Shown one piece after another: positions 58,664-64,000 of a stretch of DNA of 64,000 nt; within the stretch, counting starts at the first letter, position 1, and each line of letters opens with the position of its first letter. Made by a program: the position numbers and the translations under genes. This DNA comes from Candidatus Gallimonas intestinigallinarum (GTDB taxonomy: Bacteria; Bacillota; Clostridia; Christensenellales; Borkfalkiaceae), in the NCBI GenBank assembly GCA_944338075.1, contig CALVLM010000011.1, forward strand, positions 403 through 64,402, written 5' to 3'. The notes below the pieces were generated by a model. It saw only the letters and a program-made list of their open reading frames with translations, was not told the DNA's origin and searched no databases.

Positions 58664-60083
58664 AAAACACTACAAGCTGTCCATATTTTTCATCGCGCTT
58701 GTCGCCATTGCGGGCGGACTGTTGCTGACTGCCCTGATCTACTTGCAGGTTACGGGTCAGTTTGCCGCGCTCACGGAGGCGATCCGGGAAATTGTCGCGC
58801 AGAACACCATCTACGGGATCCTGATCCTATTCTGGGTCATCATCATTCCGTTGATGCTCGTCCTGATCTTTGTGCTCAATCTGTTCAGGAGGGACAGGTT
58901 CAAGAAGATCAAAAAGGGCTGGGAGGACGCGGCGCGGATCGTCGCCGAAAAGGAGGCGGCAGCCAGGAAGCGGGAAGAGGAAAAGAAAAAACAGACCATT
59001 TCCCGCTTCGGGACACTGAACAGCTACGATCACAAATCGCCCGCCCGTAAGGCGGACCAGGCGGCGCTTACGCTCACGCTCGGCGATTTTTGCGACAACT
59101 TCCGTATGTTTGCGGCGCAGAAGTTTCGATTGTACTATGATATTTCCGTCATCAGACAGTTTGTGGCGGGGCTTGCCGTCTCGCACCTGATGATCTTGCA
59201 GGGCATGTCGGGCACGGGCAAAACATCGATCGCCTATGCGTTCGGCGAGTTTCTCGGAAATTCTTCGGAGATCGTTCCCGTGCAGCCCGTCTGGAAGGAG
59301 CGCACCGATCTTCTGGGCTATTACAATGAGTTTACAAAAAAGTATAACGAAACGCCTTTCCTGCAAAAGATGTACCAGGCAAACGCAAGCGATAAGCTGT
59401 ATGTCGTCGTCCTGGATGAGCTGAACATTGCACGCGTGGAATACTACTTTGCGGAGTTTCTCTCACTGCTGGAGATCCCCGATCCCAATTCTCGCTACCT
59501 TGAAGTCGTACCTGACCGCTGGCCGACCGATCCCGCAGGTCTGCAAAACGGGAGAATCAGACTGCCCGACAACATGTGGTTTATCGGCACGGCAAACAAC
59601 GACGATTCCACCTTCGCGATCTCCGACAAGGTGTACGACAGGGCAATGGTCATCAATCTTGACAGCAAGGCAGAGCCCTTCTTGCCGGACGGCGACGAGG
59701 TGCGCTGTGTTCCCATTTCCGCCGCCGGATTCAGGAAGTTGATTGCCTCTGCGCAGGCGGGGTATGAGATCACCAACCGCAATATGCGCAGGCTCAGAGA
59801 GTTGGACGAATACCTGATCGAAAAATTTCAGATCACCTTCGGAAACCGTATCATGCGGCAGATCAAGGACTATATTTCCGTCTATGTCGGATGCGGTGGT
59901 GACGAAATGGAAGCGCTCGATGATATCATATCCAAAAAAGTGCTTCGGAAGTTGGAGATGCAGAACGCCGTATACGTCAAAAATCAGGCGGAAGCGCTGT
60001 GCAACTACCTTTGCGAGCTGTTCGGCGAAACTAAAGTTCCCAAGTGCATTGCATATGTCAGGCGCGTCGCGCGGAATGCGTAA
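58641..60083 (+). CDS. Membrane-anchored McrB-like AAA+ GTPase (paralog 2)
   Basis: Two N-terminal TM helices. MILQGMSGTGKTS, VVVLDELNIARVEYYFAEFLSLLE and WFIGTANNDDSTFAISDKVYDRAMVI. The core is highly similar to paralog 1. Confidence 0.85.
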   Translation: MKKQEGPKKHYKLSIFFIALVAIAGGLLLTALIYLQVTGQFAALTEAIREIVAQNTIYGILILFWVIIIPLMLVLIFVLNLFRRDRFKKIKKGWEDAARIVAEKEAAARKREEEKKKQTISRFGTLNSYDHKSPARKADQAALTLTLGDFCDNFRMFAAQKFRLYYDISVIRQFVAGLAVSHLMILQGMSGTGKTSIAYAFGEFLGNSSEIVPVQPVWKERTDLLGYYNEFTKKYNETPFLQKMYQANASDKLYVVVLDELNIARVEYYFAEFLSLLEIPDPNSRYLEVVPDRWPTDPAGLQNGRIRLPDNMWFIGTANNDDSTFAISDKVYDRAMVINLDSKAEPFLPDGDEVRCVPISAAGFRKLIASAQAGYEITNRNMRRLRELDEYLIEKFQITFGNRIMRQIKDYISVYVGCGGDEMEALDDIISKKVLRKLEMQNAVYVKNQAEALCNYLCELFGETKVPKCIAYVRRVARNA

Positions 60084-60092
60084 GGAGGGTAT

Positions 60093-62369
60093 ATGAACGG
60101 TAGATCCAGACTTTTATATGTTTTTGGTACGATCGTTGTCGTCCTTATTTCGGCAGTGATCATTGCCGCATGCCTGATCGGTGCCGGAAACGGTTTTGGA
60201 CTGATCAACTGGTCAGCATTGGGATCGGGCGGTACGGGCGGCGGCACGGGCGGCGGTGGTTTGCCCGGCGGCGGTGGTTTGCCCGGCGGCGGTGATACGC
60301 AGATCGAGTGCCACGAGCATGAACTGACTTACTTGGAGCAGAAAGACCCGACCTGTACGGAAGAGGGAAATATCGCGTGCTGGTACTGCGAAACATGTGA
60401 TGTGTATTTTGTGGACGCGTGCGGGCAGATTGTCCTGTCGGAGGACGAGGTGTTTCTCGACTCGCTCGGACATGATTTTTCCGAGGAATGGGAGTACACC
60501 ACCTCAGAGCACTATCATCCCTGCATTCGCTGCGATGCGCAGTCCGGCAATGAGGAGCATATTTATAACGCGAGCGATGTTTGTATCGTGTGCGGATATG
60601 AAAAGCCTGAGGAAGTTCCGCCTGAAGGCGGCGGAGGCGGAGAGTTTTCCGGACTCGATCTGAGCGGCCTGATCAGAGGACCGATGTTTTACAATGATGC
60701 CGTAATTGCATATGTCTATTCCGATACGTCCGGCGGCGAGTACCTCAAAGTCAAGAGTTTTGGCGACTATGCCGGCTTTATGTGGGATTCTGCGGAGGCG
60801 TATGACGGGAGACTTGTTGCCGATTACTCGATGAATTATCTCACGGGGGCTTGGATGGGAAATGAGCATGTGCCGTCAAAAATGACCATCCTCAACAAGA
60901 CTTCGCTCTATATTCTTCCGAGCTATCTGGCTGTCGGGGCGGGCGGATACGAGATACAGAGCAGCGACGTGCTGTATGTCGGCAAGTATACGGCGAGCTA
61001 TACGGTCCCGTATTCCACCAATGCGGACGTCAGGGGGAGTCTTTCCTCTGCCCCCGATCTCGGCGCGTACAGCGCCGCGGAGGCAGCGTACAGGCAGTAT
61101 GTTTATGAAAACTATCTCTCCGTTCCCGCGTCAACATTGGAGTTTTTGTTGCAGTATGCGGAGGAACACGGCATCTCTCCCTCCGATGAGAATTTGATTT
61201 GGGAAATTGAGGCGCTGATCCGTTCCTCTGCAACGTACAATATGCAATATGACAGAGACATGGATGCGGAGGAGGATATCGTGGTCGCGTTTCTCGATCG
61301 TTATCGAGAGGGGACGTGCTCGCATTTCGCTTCGGCTGCGACGTTGATGTATCGCGCACTTGGTATCCCGGCGCGCTATGTAACGGGGTGCGTCTGTACG
61401 ACTTCCGCCGGGCAGTACGCCGTCGTGACGGGCAATCAGGCGCATGCCTGGACGGAGATCTATCTCGATGGCTGCGGCTGGATCACGATCGATGCCACTG
61501 GGAGTGGGGGGCTTGGCGGAGGGCTGCCTGGTGGAGGACTGCCCGGCGGGGAAGAGCCCGGCGGAGAACAGCCCGGCGGGGAAGAGCCCGGCGGAGAACA
61601 GCCCGGCGGGGAAGAGCCCGGCGGGGAAGAGCCCGGCGGAGAACAGCCCGGCGGGGAAGAGCCCGGCGGAGAACAGCCCGGCGGAGAACAGCCCGGCGGA
61701 GAACAGCCCGGCGGAGAACAGCCCGGCGGAGAACAGCCCGGCGGGGAAGAGCCCGGCGGGGAAGAGCCCGGCGGGGAAGAGCCCGGCGGGGAAGAGCCCG
61801 GCGGGGAAGAGCCCGGCGGGGAACAACCCGGCGGACAACAGCCGCCTTCCATTGCTCCCACCCGTACATTACAAATCACGACCCAGGACATCGTTGCCGA
61901 ATATGACGGTACGGCGCATTTCAGCGAGGACTTCTCCGTTGTCGGGCTGGCGAGCGGGCACAGAATTCAAACATTCAACGTGACGAAATTGACGAGGGTC
62001 GGCGTCGCGACCAATGAAGTGGCGGGAATTCTCGTCTATGACAGCCTCGGAAACGATGTCACGACCATGTACAAGATGGAATATACCTATGGAACGATTA
62101 CCGTGACGCCGCGGTCGATCACGATCGAGACAGGCTCGGCATCCAAGGTATATGACGGAACGCCGTTGCAATGCGATACATATTCGGTCACGTCGGGCGC
62201 GCTTGCGGAGGGCGATCAGATCGGCGAGATTGTTTTTACCGGCACTCAGACCGAGCATGGAAGAAGTCAGAACGGCATTTCCGACCTTGTGATATACGAT
62301 CGTAACGGGACGGATGTAACCACATGCTATTCGATCGAGGTCGTCGCAGGCACATTGACGGTCTATTGA
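60093..62369 (+). CDS. Membrane-anchored surface protein: Cys/His-rich module, transglutaminase-like core, PGGE(E/Q) linker and two MBG-type repeats
   Basis: N-terminal TM helix. Transglutaminase core GTCSHFASAATLMYRALGIPARYV..AHAWTEIYLDGCGWITIDATG. 20 x PGGE[EQ] units. KVYDGTPL-type repeats. AAGGAGG Shine-Dalgarno sequence. Confidence 0.85.
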   Translation: MNGRSRLLYVFGTIVVVLISAVIIAACLIGAGNGFGLINWSALGSGGTGGGTGGGGLPGGGGLPGGGDTQIECHEHELTYLEQKDPTCTEEGNIACWYCETCDVYFVDACGQIVLSEDEVFLDSLGHDFSEEWEYTTSEHYHPCIRCDAQSGNEEHIYNASDVCIVCGYEKPEEVPPEGGGGGEFSGLDLSGLIRGPMFYNDAVIAYVYSDTSGGEYLKVKSFGDYAGFMWDSAEAYDGRLVADYSMNYLTGAWMGNEHVPSKMTILNKTSLYILPSYLAVGAGGYEIQSSDVLYVGKYTASYTVPYSTNADVRGSLSSAPDLGAYSAAEAAYRQYVYENYLSVPASTLEFLLQYAEEHGISPSDENLIWEIEALIRSSATYNMQYDRDMDAEEDIVVAFLDRYREGTCSHFASAATLMYRALGIPARYVTGCVCTTSAGQYAVVTGNQAHAWTEIYLDGCGWITIDATGSGGLGGGLPGGGLPGGEEPGGEQPGGEEPGGEQPGGEEPGGEEPGGEQPGGEEPGGEQPGGEQPGGEQPGGEQPGGEQPGGEEPGGEEPGGEEPGGEEPGGEEPGGEQPGGQQPPSIAPTRTLQITTQDIVAEYDGTAHFSEDFSVVGLASGHRIQTFNVTKLTRVGVATNEVAGILVYDSLGNDVTTMYKMEYTYGTITVTPRSITIETGSASKVYDGTPLQCDTYSVTSGALAEGDQIGEIVFTGTQTEHGRSQNGISDLVIYDRNGTDVTTCYSIEVVAGTLTVY
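60252..60294 (+). repeat. 18-nt tandem duplication (about 2.4 copies) encoding GGGLPG
   Basis: GGCGGTGGTTTGCCCGGC occurs at 60252-60269 and 60270-60287, followed by a partial third copy. Confidence 0.85.
61542..61841 (+). repeat. 15-nt tandem repeat x20 encoding PGGEE/PGGEQ
   Basis: Units of CCCGGCGGGGAAGAG or CCCGGCGGAGAACAG run in phase from 61542. Only the last two units are degenerate. Confidence 0.95.
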
Positions 62370-62381
62370 CAGGGGATCAGA

Positions 62382-64000
62382 ATGCTCTATCAATCGTATC
62401 AACAAAAACTTGATCATCTGACAGCGATTTTTGCGAAAATCTGGCACTTTCGCATTCTCATTGTCTGCGCCGTCGTATTTGTCGTCGCATTGATAGGCGT
62501 TTTGCTGGGTATCACAGGGACCATCGTTTCGTTCCGCTGCGATTCGTCGGTATGGTATGGCGATGAATTGCAGGTCTCGGCTTCGGCGATCTTTAAGGGC
62601 GTAACGTATGAGTATCGGCAGGCGGGCGGAACCTGGGGCAGCGAGCGTCCGACAAAAGTTGGCAACTATGAGGTGCGGGCGTCGGCGGACGGCATCGGCG
62701 GAACACGGTACAGTCAGGTTCTTTCGTTTTCGGTGCTGCCGCGTCCCACCGAAGTAACGATCGTGCAGGAAACTCTGGTCTATGGGGAGACGCCCGTTGC
62801 GACGGCAGAGCTTGTCTATTCCGATGAGATCCTATCGCAGTCCGTAGCGTATGAAATCGAGGATGCGAACTTTATGATTTCCTCGGCAGAGCTCACTGTC
62901 GTCAACGAAGCGGGCGAGGAGGTCACGGAAAACTATCAGTTTAGCTTTCAGCCTTGCAGCGTCGCCATGGCGCCCCGCCCCATCACGATCTCCGTCGAGG
63001 ACGCCGTAAAAGTGTATGACGGCACGCCGCTCACGTCCCGCGAATATTGCATTGCCGATGGCTCGCTGGTCGAAGGGGATCGCCTTGAAGTGGACTTTTC
63101 CGCTTCCGTGACCTTGGCATCGACGGTCGAAAATACGCCCGTGGTTCATATCTTGGATCGTGCCGGTACGGATATTACCGCGTACTACGATATCACCATC
63201 GATGTGGGGATGCTTGTGGTGGAGCCGATGGAGATCATGTTGACGACAGGAAGTGCGCAGAGCGTATATGACGGCGCAGATTGGTCAGAGGAGTCATATA
63301 CGGCAAGCGTGCCTCTCCCTGCCGGGCACACTGCAGTATGCTCTGCATTCCCGTCCGTTCGCAATGTGGGCACCTATGAAAATACGGCAACTGTTGTGAT
63401 CGTCAATGCGGAAGGGGAGGACGTGAGCGGAAGTTTTCGCTTACAGATGACGTTCGGAACCCTGACCGTGTTGCCAAGAACGCTGGAGGTGACGACGGGC
63501 TCGCAGACGTGGGCATATGACGGCTTGCCGCATTCCTGCAAGGAGTTTTCCGCCGTTGGTTTGGTTGAAGGCCATGCGATGCAGGTCATGTCTGCAACGT
63601 CCGTCAAGGAGGTCACGGATGACGGCGACATTCCCGGCTATGTGGAGAATATTTTGACGTTTTCCATTATGGATGCACAGAATACGGACGTGAGCGCCAA
63701 CTATTCTCTTCAGATCGACTACGGCAGCTTGCGCATTTCTGAAGCGGTCATCGTGCGCGTGTTCGGGTTGGAAAAGTATTATGACGGAACGCCGCTTTCC
63801 TATACGGAGGACGATTATCGGGTCATCCATCATCCGGAAGGGTACGATGTGCGTGTGATGATCAATGGATCTTTGACCGAACCGGGAAAGCGGACGCCGC
63901 AGGTGACGGTACAGGTCTTTGATGAAAGCGGCAGAGATGTCACAGCACAACAGATGATTTCTGTGATCGGCGAATGCTATCTGCGTGTGCTGCCTCGGAA
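62382..64000 (+). CDS. Membrane-anchored MBG-repeat (YDG-type) surface protein, partial (continues past the window end)
   Basis: This ORF is absent from the track because no stop codon lies in the window. MLYQSYQQKLDHL..TM helix ILIVCAVVFVVALIGVLLGI, then at least 5 repeats with VKVYDGTPL / QSVYDGADW / TWAYDGLPH / EKYYDGTPL cores. Confidence 0.75.
   Translation, partial: MLYQSYQQKLDHLTAIFAKIWHFRILIVCAVVFVVALIGVLLGITGTIVSFRCDSSVWYGDELQVSASAIFKGVTYEYRQAGGTWGSERPTKVGNYEVRASADGIGGTRYSQVLSFSVLPRPTEVTIVQETLVYGETPVATAELVYSDEILSQSVAYEIEDANFMISSAELTVVNEAGEEVTENYQFSFQPCSVAMAPRPITISVEDAVKVYDGTPLTSREYCIADGSLVEGDRLEVDFSASVTLASTVENTPVVHILDRAGTDITAYYDITIDVGMLVVEPMEIMLTTGSAQSVYDGADWSEESYTASVPLPAGHTAVCSAFPSVRNVGTYENTATVVIVNAEGEDVSGSFRLQMTFGTLTVLPRTLEVTTGSQTWAYDGLPHSCKEFSAVGLVEGHAMQVMSATSVKEVTDDGDIPGYVENILTFSIMDAQNTDVSANYSLQIDYGSLRISEAVIVRVFGLEKYYDGTPLSYTEDDYRVIHHPEGYDVRVMINGSLTEPGKRTPQVTVQVFDESGRDVTAQQMISVIGECYLRVLPR

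Noticed and set aside
61131-61891. The PGGE repeat region as a CRISPR array, or as separate ORFs in other frames and on the other strand
   Set aside because: The 15-nt units are contiguous with no spacers and stay in frame within a long gene that has flanking domains. The alternative-frame ORFs are repeat artefacts.

Overview
Densely coding chromosomal segment from a visibly high-GC, Clostridia-type anaerobe. Supporting features are a bifurcating-type [FeFe] hydrogenase, type-2 GalT and lepA-hemW. I did not compute GC, so all compositional statements are by eye.

Layout, left to right:
- 1-4.2 kb: an AT-rich island. It holds a truncated recombinase fragment, an XRE regulator, and an atypical large serine recombinase followed by three tandem paralogous small genes. 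It abuts a monocistronic tRNA-Glu(CUC).
- 4.7-34.7 kb: housekeeping genes. These are an M20 dipeptidase, radC, a DesK/NarL-type two-component pair, hydCBA, glgP, ridA-ilvA, a fused MacB-like ABC transporter, GDPD, lepA-MGMT-hemW, guaB-guaA, a MerR regulator with an ABC-2 exporter, and an Fe-ADH. The ABC transporter sits behind a perfect-consensus promoter that has a G10 run in its spacer.
- 35-40.3 kb: a GT2-TPR gene divergent from a Cys-rich mini-collagen gene, decayed kinase and RsiV-like genes, and a second large serine recombinase.
- 40.3-43 kb: galK and galT. Beyond them is about 0.9 kb of structured non-coding DNA.
- 43.9-50.7 kb: a six-gene polyamine operon behind a ~300-nt leader that contains a terminator.
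- 50.9 kb to the window end: an operon of at least eight genes, and the most unusual content here. It encodes two membrane-anchored McrB-like AAA+ GTPases, a third degenerate AAA+ copy fused to a GH3-like domain, an McrC/DUF2357-like coiled-coil protein with no visible nuclease, and transglutaminase/MBG-repeat surface proteins.

I saw no rRNA genes, CRISPR arrays or IS transposases. Many long ORFs in the track are antisense artefacts typical of GC-rich DNA. Several start codons were moved to internal Met/GTG codons that have Shine-Dalgarno support.
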